Shown here piece after piece: positions 21,561 through 32,310 of a stretch of DNA of 64,000 nucleotides. The stretch is taken from NCBI GenBank assembly GCA_964019335.1, contig OZ025709.1:186001-250000 (forward strand), written 5' to 3'. Source of the stretch: Diplonema japonicum. Its lineage: Eukaryota > Protista > Euglenozoa: Diplonemea. The translations under genes were made by a program, and so were the position numbers. Below the pieces are notes generated by a model. It ran no database searches. It was given only the letters and a program-made list of their open reading frames with translations, and was not told where the DNA came from. Within the stretch, counting starts at the first letter, position 1; the number at the start of each line of letters is the position of its first letter.

Positions 21561-24480
21561 CCTCCCCTTTTTCCCAAACCTTTGCGGCCTCAATCAGCTC
21601 CTTCAAAACCTTCTCCCGAATCTTGAGCGACTCTTCGTTTAAAGCATCGAGTTTCTCCAGTGGTTTCTCTGCTGCTGTACCGGTTGCCCTCCCCACCACA
21701 AGCTCCCCAACGGCCATATAAGTCGGTTTCTCTTCTGTCCCCGAACCCTCAAAACAAGTATTCACCCGTGTGAACACAACACGGGGCTTTTCACTAACTT
21801 TCGAATCCACCGTCCAAGTACATCCAACAATTTTAGAAACGGGAGAGGACGACGAGACAGGGAGAAGATCAGAAATCGAAGTCTCTGAAAGGTACCCGCT
21901 GCTGAGATCAGAACAAGCATCTTCGTCCGATTCATCTTTCTCAGCCGAAGCAGGTTTATCCTCGTCGCAAATTTCACATTTTGGCCGCCTATCTGCGTTG
22001 TAGTAAGTACAAGCTGGACAAGCCCAATGGTCGGCGGGGATGTGGGGCTTATCAGGAGCAGCTTCGTCATCTAAATCGGATCCAAACAAGTCGAATCCGA
22101 GAGACGAGGAGTCTGAACTCGCTTCGCACGTTTTTTCTACAGGTTTTTCCTCTCCTTTTTTTTTTTCTTCTTCTTCTTCGTCGTCATCGTCGTCGAACAG
22201 CCCTGCTCCATACACCTCGGACTCATCGTCGTAAGCGTCCGTTAAAATCCTCTCCTTAACCGTATCATCTTCCTCGGCAAGGTCTGCCCAGTCCATGAAC
22301 ATTTCGCTTCCAACGAGACCGCCCTCGCATTTTGGAACGCTGCCTTTTGTGGGATGTGTTGGTACACCGATTTTCCGGATTTCAGAACAGTGGACTTCCT
22401 CGGGAGAAGGAAGTGCTTCCGATCGTGTGAACCTAACCAAGTATCGGTTTGGCTTTGCGCAGCATTTCACGATGATTGCAGGATGGGCGGTCCCGTGGGT
22501 ATAACGCGCGTGAACTGCCTCGCCCGGTGAGAATTTTGGAAGAGCGGACGGTTTAGAACAGTCATCAGAATGAACTTCCGGCTCGTCAGACATTCGATGA
22601 GATGCTGATGAAATTACATCACCCGTGTCGAGGGCAACATGGTACTGAGAATGCAGCAACACGGACTTAACAACACCTGGATGGCACACCATCCCATCGT
22701 ATTCTACTAAAACCCTGTTCCCGGTGGACCACGGCTTCACCGGTTTCAACGTTTCTGTATCAGCGCATGTTATCCTAACGTTCTTTGGTGAAATGGATAC
22801 GGTGAGTCTTTTAGGGTCGCTTTCGAATATGACGCCGACGAGGCCTGATTTTTCGATGCGGTGTACGATGGCAGGGGCGAAATGGTGCTTTCCCTTCGGG
22901 ACAGCATGGACTTGATCCGCCGTGCAAAATTTTAGTTTTGTCCCGACGAAGCTGGTGCACCATGAAAGATTTTCCGGAGGGCATAACATTGTTTCCCCGT
23001 CGCATGTGGTGCATTGGTATAACCCTGAAGGGTTCAATCCTGTTGTCGTCCCTCGTTTACACGACGATTTTGAAATCCGGATAACGACATTCTGCTCGCC
23101 GTCTGATGGGGGAATCGTTTTCGTTTTTTCCGGTTTTGGTGAATCCACGGGTTTCGGTGGTACCACCGGTTCCGCGAAGTCGTCGCTTCCAGTGGTGAGG
23201 AATGGTGGGAGGGGTTTGTGTTCGGATAGAAAACCTTCCGGTTTATCCTTCCCCGCCATTTCCCACAAATCGCCGGTGAAAGATGTTTTGTCCGCATCGG
23301 TGTAAGTAGGCATGAATATGTACTTGCAATTGTTTTTCTCGCAAAATTTATCCATGTTGTCGACTAGCTTCTTGTTCGTTTTGTACTTCTCATGAAGGAC
23401 GATGAGATCGATGTTTTCTGCGAGACGGAGCTCTCCGTGGATTTGCACCTCTTTGTAATTGTGAACGACGTCGCTCTTATGCCACAAACGCATTCTGTTC
23501 GCGACTTCCAGAACCCTTTGCAACTCCTGATCAGAATATTTGTTCAACACATGTGCGTGATATTCACAAGAAGCGATCTGCGCGTCTGTACATGACGAAT
23601 CCTTGTCTGCGAAGGACGTCCTTAAACGGCATCCCTTCAACACGATATAACTATCACCGTAAGATGTCGCCGAGGATATCCCCCTTGGATCGTTAACTAT
23701 GTTGAGACATCCGTATTTTGGACGTTGGTGTGCAACTGCTTTTGAATAGTCTTTGTTGAAAATTCTGTCTTCCCAGCCGGCTCGTGAACCTGTTTCGGAA
23801 AAGTCTAAGGTCCCGCGGCTTATCTTTGTTTCGAATTGGTTACGGTAGTGTGTGTCTTTTAAAAACTTTTCCATTCGACCGTCGGCGTCGAAGGGGACAT
23901 GGATGATGATTGGTGCTTCGTCGCGGATCCACAAAAGTAGTTTTTGTAGGTGGTCTTCCGTCCATTTCGAGCTGGTTCCTTTGATGGACAGCTTGCAAAC
24001 TTTTTCCCGAAGGTTGTTCAGAACTTTTTCATGGCTTGCTTTTGCTTTTTTGACAAAGTTTGAGATAGCTTGTTTTTGAAGTGAGTCACAGTAGGTTTCC
24101 ACAGCTTCGAGCTCGTCGCGTGGTGGGAGGAAGAGTTTGGAGCGTTCGACTCTCGCTTTTTTTTTGCTGTCGAATCCAGCTGTTGGGTGTTCCTCGTATA
24201 GTTTTGAATGAAACGCGTGGCTGTCTGCAAAATACCCTTCATCCTCGTGAGGAGTTTCCTCTCCTTTGTTAAAAGTGCGCAGTGCAACTGTAAGCTCTGG
24301 ATCCACCACATCCATGAAACTCTCCTTTGCACCTCTAGAAACGCTTCCTAGGTCTGAGAAGGCGGCGTCATCGCGAAAAACCAATTTCCCGGCGCGAATT
24401 TTTTTCTGCTCTGCTTCGTTTTGCTCCCCTTTGCTGCACCCTATTACATACTCTTTCCATATGTCATCGAGGGATGTCAT
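21444..24480 (-). CDS. DUF3626-like domain + three Tudor/Agenet-like domains + NZF zinc finger (991 aa); join(21580..24480,21444..21518)
   Basis: YRNQFET, RPKYGCLN, YGDSYIVLK, YKEVQIHG (DUF3626 pattern); Tudor-like FSPGEAVHARY..HPAIIVK; WACPACTYYN..CEIC. Splicing replaces a poly-Lys tail with VELAQTSEHLASKVKSTIREATHA*. Confidence 0.8.
21519..21579 (-). other. Predicted spliceosomal intron, 61 nt (GTTTGG...poly(A)-AG)
   Basis: Phase-0 GT-AG pair around an A-run of about 40 nt; the spliced frame continues a helical, protein-like C-terminus. Confidence 0.8.
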
Positions 24481-24634
24481 GGTTGTTTTTTTTGTGTATT
24501 TTTTTTTTTTTTTTTTTTTTTTTAAAGTTTATTCTTTGTGTGTCAGAAATCGTCGTATGAGGGAAGGGTTTTCAAAAAAAAGAGAAAAAAAAAAGAGGGG
24601 AGATACTTCACAAGTGCGTTCAAGGGAGGGAAAA

Positions 24635-24672
<38 letters not shown>

Positions 24673-26201
24673 CCATTTAAGGGTACCTGCGATATGTGGC
24701 AGGACGCCTGAAAAAAAGGTCCTCGCAAAAAGCTGTCAAAAAATTCCATATTTTTTTATTGAAAAAAAAGAGGAGGAATACGAAAAAAAAAAAAAAAAAA
24801 GGAGGGGGAAAGAAATATGACAATGATAGCATGGGGGGAAAAAAAAGTGGTCAAGAGAATGGGGGGGAAGGAAAAAATGGAATCCAGCTCAGTAGCGATT
24901 TAAGAGTTCAAATAGGGGTCCTGACCCGCCATAAAGGGAGGGGAAAACAAAGAGATGAGATAAAGGAGGTTCCTGTCTTGGAACGTCCCCTTGTCTCTAC
25001 TTATCTACCCCAAACAAATAGAGCGTTGTTTCCCCCCCCCCCCTTTTTTTTGGAAGGAGAGAAAATCATAAAAAGAAAAAAGAGAAAAATAAGCTGGAAC
25101 ACAATACAACAAAAAAAAGAAAGGAAAAAAAAAGGGGGGGGGAATAAAAACCAACCTCAGCATGCAAACGGGAAAAAGAAAAGGAAAAAAAAAAAAAAAG
25201 AAATGAAAGGAAGAAAAAAAAATGTGTGGATTGCATACAAAAAAGTTGTTTTATATACCCCCCTTTTTTTCCCCAATTTTCCTTTGGGTTCCCTATTTTT
25301 TACCTTTTTTTTTACTTTTCTGGAGGATGGAGAAAAAGGGGAGGGGGACCGCACTGCGAAAAGAAAAAAAAAGGAGATTTCTTAAATTCTTCCCCCTAAA
25401 GCCCCAGACGGAGGAATAGAAAATAAACGAGGGAGGGGGGGGAGAAAAAAGGAAAATAATTTATTAAAGAGAACGATATGCCACAGGGAAGTAAAAGGAG
25501 GGGGGGTGAAAAAAAGGGGGGTAAAATTTTAACCCTTTCCTTCCCCTCATTCTTTTCACAACAAATCTTTAACAAAAAAAGGGGGGGGTTTCACGAAACG
25601 AGGTAAAAGCATATCAGAGAGAACAACTTTGGAACGAAATTGTCAAAGAAAAAAAGGGGGGGGGAGGGGTGAGAAGAAGAAGAAGAAGGTTCACGCACTG
25701 ATCCGTTGGCCTTCTTCTCACACCCTTTTTTTTTTTTTTTCTTCTTCGTTCCCCCCTCTTTTTTTTTTTTTTTTTTACTTAGTTCTTCAAGAATCACGCG
25801 TACATTTCTTTGGGTGGAGGGGGAGAGGGAGAGAAAAAAAATGGTGGAGAAACAAAAAAAAATACAGGGTGGGGGGGGGGGGGGGGGGGGGGAAAGGACT
25901 TTTGCAACAGCACAAAGATTACTCGATTTTTTTTTTCAGTTCGCTCTTTTTTTTTTTTTTAAAAGTGCGTCACGCGGAGACATTAATAGGGAAAAAATAG
26001 GCCTTTCTTTCCTAAATACAATTCAGGAATTCTTTTTTTTTTTTCTTTCTTCTTTCTTTCCTTTTTTTTTTTTTTTTTGCTTTTGTTTTTTCATTGAGCA
26101 TCCTTGCATCTTTTTGCTAGTGTGGGGGGGGGGGAGGTTTCAAAAAAAAGAAATGTGGGGGTAAATAGGAACAAGAGTATAAAAAAAAAAAAAAAAGTTT
26201 C

Positions 26202-29200
26202 TTAAATCCTGCTGTTGTTATTATCAGTACCATAATCAGTCGCTTCCTTTTGGCGCATGCTGACATCGTAGGTCTCCGGGTCGTCTATTTTTTTTTTTTT
26301 TTTTTTTTTTTTTTATTTCACTCTTCGTCATTTTCTTCACTCACTAGGGGCCTCATTATTTAACGCGAAATGGCCATTATTTAACGCGAAACGGCCATTA
26401 TTTAACGCGAAATCGCCATTATTTAACTAGTTAAATAATGAGATTTTGCAGTTAAATAATGGCCCTTCAGAGTGAAAAAATGGGTCTTGTCGTGGAAAAA
26501 AATGCACCCAACCCCTTGAAAAATTTTTTTGGGGTGGGGGTATTTTGACTATTTTTGGCCATCTGAGGCCATTCCAGCCCTTAAAAGTGGGAATAAGTGC
26601 CTTACTTCCCCTTTAAATGCCACGGCGAAATAGCTACCCTGTATTACCTTAGGAAAATCCCCAAAAAGCTGACCTGCGTGAAAAAAAACAGCAGTGAAAG
26701 CAGTGAAGAGTGAGTGACTCAAATGACGAAGAGTGAAATAAAACGACTTACTTGCCGCCAAATGAGCCATTATTTAACACTCGTTACCCGTTTTTTTGCA
26801 CTCGGGCCCTGCGGGCCCTCGTGCAAAAAATTCGGGAACTCGAGTTAAATAATGACTCATTATTTGTTGGCAATAAATAGTTATTATTTCACTCTTCGTC
26901 ATTTTCTTCACTCACTAGGGGCCTCATTATTTAACGCGAAATGGCCATTATTTAACGCGAAACGGCCATTATTTAACGCGAAATCGCCATTATTTAACTA
27001 GTTAAATAATGAGATTTTGCAGTTAAATAATGGCCCTTCAGAGTGGAAAAATGAGTCTCGCCGTGGAAAAAAATGCACCCAACCCCTTGAAAAAATTTTT
27101 TGGGGTGGGCGTATTTTGACTATTTTTGGCCATCTGAGGCCATTCCAGCCCTTAAAAGTGGGAATAAGTGCCTTACTTCCACTTTAAATGCCACGGCAAA
27201 ATAGCAACCCCATATTACCTTAGGAAACTCCCCAAAAAGGCTGACCTGCGTGAAAAAAAAACAGCAGTGAAAGCAGTGAAGAGTGAGTGACTCAAATGAC
27301 GAAGAGTGAAATAAAACGACTTACTTGCCGCCAAATGAGTCATTATTTGTTGGCAATAAATAGTTATTTTTTTTTTAAAGTACTCCCCCTTCCCATACTC
27401 TCAAGAATCTCAACACTGCTTCTGGCCATTGCAGGCCACCAGTTGTACTTCCCGAAGGGAGCCATCATGGTCGGGACAAGAACCGTCTTCACCACAAGAA
27501 CGTCAAAGAGAAGCGCCCAGAACATCGCGAAGGAGATCTGGTTCAAAATGGGAAGCCTGGCGAACATGTGCCCGATAAAGCTCACCGCCAGAATACACCC
27601 GGACACGATGTTCATCCAACCCGTCCCGATCAAGGCCATCTTCGTCGCCTCCTTCGTCGTCAGCTGGTGGTAGTGGTACCAATCATGCGCAGTGCTGATC
27701 AGGAACAACTCGTGGCACATCGACAACCCAATAATCAAGGGAACCGTGATTATAAAAACAAAGTAATGAACAGCACCATCACCTCCCTCCTTCGTCACAA
27801 ACGTCTGAAGTGCACTAATATCAGTCCAGTCAAGCGCCCCATGGCAATACGTCAACGAGGTGAAGCCAAGCGCGAAGACAATCGTCAAAAACGTAGTGAA
27901 GACCGCTCTAAGCCCAACCATGACGGACTTGGTACCCAACAATATAACGAGGAACCCGATGAGAACGAACACAGGCGACATCCACGACCAAGCATCATTG
28001 ATCCTCTGCACGGCATCGTGCGAGTTAACAGCAGACCCCGTCATGTACACCTTGGCCCCTGTCCCGTTGTTCCGCGAGTTGAAGTCATTCTGGAACACCT
28101 TGAAAGCGCTCACAAAATCGTACCCCTCAGGGCCCATAGGGTCAATTTGTGTCTTCATCTGCACAATAGTTGCGGTCAAAAACAAATTCTGTCCTGTTGG
28201 GTCGGTCGTGTCAAATGAGAACCCGGGAACGGTCTGACCTTCCTTGGGGGAATACCCAAATACACTAACACCCCTCCAAGCACAAGATGGAGAGTAATCA
28301 GTTGGCATGGGAGGCCTCATTGCAGGCGGGAGGAGAGAGTTCCAAGCGAACCACAACCCGCACTCCCTCTGCGAGGAGGAGTTGAAGGACGTGCCCATGA
28401 AGTTGTACGCACCGATGACACCCTCCTTCGAGAAGCTCTTGAGCTCCGACAGCTCCGACATCATCCCCAACGCGATACTGTTGAACTGCATCGTCTCAAT
28501 ATCGTCAAACTGCGGCGTCAACATGAACACGGGCACGTTGAAAACAGGGTGGATGCTGTTCTCGGGGGGGAAGCCCATGATCTTGAACTGCGTTGCCGCA
28601 CCGTTGCCGTAGTCCTCGAAGAGCCTCTCCGCGTTGTTCGTGAAGGTGTCCCTCCTTGGGAAGTACACTTCCAGAGAGTCCGTCTGCTTGGTGTGGTTCA
28701 AGAGAACAACGCCGAACGGGATGACGAGGATGATGATGATGGCAACAATGATAGCGTTCTGGAAGGTCTTCATCTGCGTCACCGACGCGTACCTGTGCCA
28801 CAGGGTGTCCTCGAGGTCCTTGTTCAGGTTGGGGACGATTGATGCACGGCCGCCGTCGGTGGTAGCTGCCTGTTGTCCGCCAAGCCTTGACCTCAGTGCC
28901 ACTGTCTCCCTTTCGTTCACTCCGAACAATTTCGTCCTTTTCGTTGCAGCCTCGAAGAATTCCGGGAAGCACAGCAACACCGCAGGTACAAGCATCACCG
29001 CCGCAAGGAACGCAGCAAATCCGCAAACAAGTATAGCCCAACCAAGACCCTTGACCTGGTCAACGTCAACAAGAGCGATGACAAGCGAGCACAGTGCAAG
29101 GGTCAGCTGCGACAGGGTGATGGTGGTCCCTGCGGTGGACAGCATACGCTGCACGGCTTCCTTGCAGTCCTCGCCTTCAAGAAGCGCCTCACGGAACCTG

Positions 29201-30237
29201 TTCAACAGGAACAAACAGTGCCCCACGGGGAGACCCACAACAAGCGATATCATAACGGGTGTCACAATGACATTCATCAGCACGTCATTAGCGATCTCGG
29301 CAACAATGGCCATGGAGATCAGGGTGGTGGCGAGGATGGCGAGAATGGGGAGGATCATGAGACGGATGTTCCTGAGAACGATCATGGCGAAGATGAGCGA
29401 GAGGGGGATGGCGATACCGTCGGCGAGGAGGAGATCGACAACAACAGTGTCCAAAATCTCATCGACACCAGCAGCGATACTGAACGGCTCGGCCTTCATC
29501 TTAAGCGGCTCAAGGAACGGCTTCGACAGGTTGGAAACCCTCGCGTTCAACCAGTCAGAAAACTTCTTCTCAACATCCGGGATCCCAATGTTCTCACCCT
29601 GAATCACAATGTTGATGATGGTGGAACGGTAACCCTTGCTTCTCGGCGCACGGAGATATTCCCCTGCGACAGGATCAAACTGGTTCAGCGTCCAGAATGC
29701 GTCAAAACCAGAAATTGTCTTGTTTTCAGCGCACTGTGGAAGAAGTACCTCATAACCTTCATTACACCACTCAAGGTACGCATCCTGGCGGAGTGCGAGG
29801 GTGAAGGCAGCGGTACCAGCAGCGAGTAAACCTCTTTCTTGCCAGTCAGACGGAAGAGAGTCAGGGGGACCACCTGGCATAAGGTTCCACGGAACGTTTA
29901 AGTCGGTGATGGGGTCGGATTCGTTAGCTTTGTTCTCGTCTTCCCACTGGATGGCAACCATCAGTACCGCCTCGCCAACCCTCTCAGGGTAGTATTTCTT
30001 GATGAAATCGCGAGAGTCCTCAGCCCATGTTCCATCGGGAGGGTTCCACTCCAGGTTCGTGCGCCCTGTCAGCGTAATGGCCCAGTTTATCGACACACAC
30101 ACAGCAATAAGCCACGTGGCTACTACCACATACTTCACCACGCTCCTGTCCAAAAGATCAACATAGGTAGTACTCACGAACCCTGCCCCACCTGTTGTCG
30201 GCATTGCACCGCTTCTCCGGAGGTCATCTTGTGTCAT
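26202..30237 (-). CDS. MMPL/RND-superfamily multi-pass membrane protein, paralog 1 (973 aa); join(27399..30237,26202..26284)
   Basis: LFLLNRFREAL..AVQRMLSTAGTTITLS and DVLVVKTVLVP..GKYNWWP are MMPL-type motifs. Start MTQDDLRR after an A-tract aligns with paralog 2. Terminal exon NDPETYDVSMRQKEATDYGTDNNNSRI* joins in frame. Confidence 0.85.
26285..27398 (-). other. Predicted intron, 1114 nt (GTATGG...poly(A)-TAG): a 60-nt intron plus a 1054-bp insertion
   Basis: Phase 1 with the same donor as the paralog-2 intron. Subtracting the inserted dimer leaves 60 nt, the typical intron size in this window. Confidence 0.8.
26314..27367. mobile_element. Head-to-tail dimer (571 + 483 bp) of a non-autonomous element with terminal/subterminal IR and hairpin, tentatively Crypton-like
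   Basis: Perfect 20-bp IR TATTTCACTCTTCGTCATTT (26314) / AAATGACGAAGAGTGAAATA (26721); 21-bp tandem CATTATTTAACGCGAAANNGC; long hairpin 26768-26854 in unit 1 only; inserted in a T-run without a clear TSD. Confidence 0.7.
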
Positions 30238-31537
30238 TTTCTTTTTTTTTCTTTTTTTTTCTTTCCCCCTTTTTTTTTTTTCCGAGAATTGTGGTGTGTT
30301 GGAAAAAAGAAAAAGTAAATTAAAAAAATAGGGAAAAAAAAAAAAAAGAAAATAGAAGAAGACTAGAGGAGGGGGAGTAAAAAAAAAGGGGGGGGAGAGG
30401 AGAAAAAAAAAATGAATCGTGTTAAGGGTCCCCCCATCATCACTTTTTTTTGCTGGCAAAAAGAAACCTGTGACATGCACAGATTCTTCTACTTTTGACT
30501 GGCTTCGGGGGAGTAGGCCCGGGAGTGGTTTTTTTTTTCTTTTTTTTTTTTTTTGGGTGCGTATATAAAATATATCTTTGTCCTTTTTTTTTTTTTTTTC
30601 CCGCTCCTCATTCTGCGACTGGGCGGAAAGAAAATCAAAAAAGAAAACTGTGTTCTCCCCCCTTTCCGCAGCCCAAGTACGGGGGGAGGGGGTTCTTTGA
30701 GCACTTTTTGAAAAGGGTAAAAGACAGGTCTTTACTTGCTTCAAGAAAACGAACAAAAAGAGGGTGGCGAGAACGAAAGGGAGGAGGAAAAAAAAAAAAA
30801 AAAAGGACTACTTAACCCAGAAGATGGGGGGTTCGCACCAAATTTGCATCATACATGGGATGGAGGAAAATTAAAAAAAAAAAAAAAAAAAAAAAGAAGA
30901 GACATGTTAAAAAAGGGGGGGAAGGAAGGCGGGAGGGGTATTTTTTTTTGTTTTCCTTTTCCTTCCACCCCTTCAAAAAGCAGAGACAATATTTTCCCTT
31001 AGGGAAAAAAAATAAGGAGAGTGAGAGGGGGGGGGGGGGGGGGGGGGGGGGGGAGTCTTCTGTTCTTTATGAGTTCTGGAAAAAAAAAATGGAAAAGATT
31101 TAGCTTAATAAATGTCCAACAAATTAATTTCCGCCCCGTGGTTGTGGGGGCCGTAGTGGCTCACAGGCCGACCTTAGCTGCAACTTTTTTTTTTTCCCAC
31201 CAAAAGTATTCCAAAAAAAAAAAAAAAAAAAACGAACTCATAAAGAAAAATAAAAAAACGTGAGCAATTTAATTTTTTTTCATCATTTCATCATTTCTTT
31301 ATTAGGCACATTTTTTTTTTTTTTCTTCTTTTTTTTTCTTTCTTTTTTTTTTTTTTGTTTTTTAGACCCGTTCTTCCAACATTCTTTGAGCACTGTAATC
31401 GCTTAGAAAAAAAGCAGTCAAAGAAAGGTGAGGCGGGACCAAGGGAAAGGGAAAAGAGGGGGAGGGTAGCGAACTGAGATCGCTTGTTGGGAAAGGGGAA
31501 AGAAAGATGCAAAAGAAGAAGGGGAAAGCAAGAGGGG

Positions 31538-31571
<34 letters not shown>

Positions 31572-32310
31572 TGACACAGAAGAAGGGGGGTGCACGCGAA
31601 TCAACAACACATTTAACCAGTTTTTTTGGGGGGGGGGTCAAATACAAAAAACCTGGTCTATCAGACCCCCCTTTTCTTCTATTTTCTTCCGACTTTTTTA
31701 ATTATTTTATTTTGCCTTCACTCCTTACTCAGTTGCTCTAGATTTCCGTAAATGGGCATATGTGTGTTTCTTTTTTTCTTTTTTCTTTTTTTTTCAAAGT
31801 GTAAGGGAGATGATTACAAAACTTCAGCAGGCGCAAGCAGCTTGCGCCACCTAAGGGTAACTTACCTTCGGAAAAGAAGAAATATGAAGAGAAAATAAAT
31901 TTAAAAAAAAAAAAATAGAAAAGCCATCCCGGCACAGACACAAGCGCGGAGTTACATACAAGCAAATAAGAAAGATGGCTTTTTAGCTATTTTTTTTTCT
32001 CTCCTCTATTCCTTTTTTTTTTTTTTTTTTTTTTTTGAAAGGTTTAACTGGAAATGATGAGGGTGAGGGGCTATGGGGAAAGAGAAAAGAAAAAGAAAAA
32101 GAAAAGAAAAAGAAAAAAAACGGGGAGGGGGGTGGGGTGAGTTCAAATGGAAAAAAAAATTAAAAAAGAGGAAAAACTCACCCCGGATACACGCTGAGTG
32201 AAACTACGAGGACTTTTTTTTTTTTTGAAGTTTTTTTTTGTTGTTGTTGTTGTCACACGCACATTTTTTTTTTTTTTTTATAGCTTTGCCCTTTTTTTTT
32301 TTTTTTTTTT

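Noticed and set aside
24884-24930. tRNA-like A and B boxes (GCTCAGTAG..GAGTTCAAAT)
   Set aside because: The boxes are too close together and no cloverleaf can form.
24500-26200. K/F/G-rich ORFs in spacers (e.g. 24696-25385, also 30500-32300 and 57300-60830)
   Set aside because: These are stop-poor low-complexity DNA with no protein-like content.
26354-26440. CRISPR-like array
   Set aside because: The 21-bp units are contiguous with no unique spacers, the context is eukaryotic and there are no cas genes.
27364-27398. MMPL1 stop codon apparently donated by the end of the inserted element (..GSTLKKK*)
   Set aside because: A GTATGG donor at 27398 and an in-frame terminal exon at 26202-26284, mirrored in paralog 2, indicate this is intron read-through.
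30238-30756. N-terminal ORF extensions (also 11895-12155, 16873-16950, 17428-17523, 42118-42183)
   Set aside because: Poly-K/poly-F translations of homopolymer spacers; paralog alignment or composition supports the downstream ATG.
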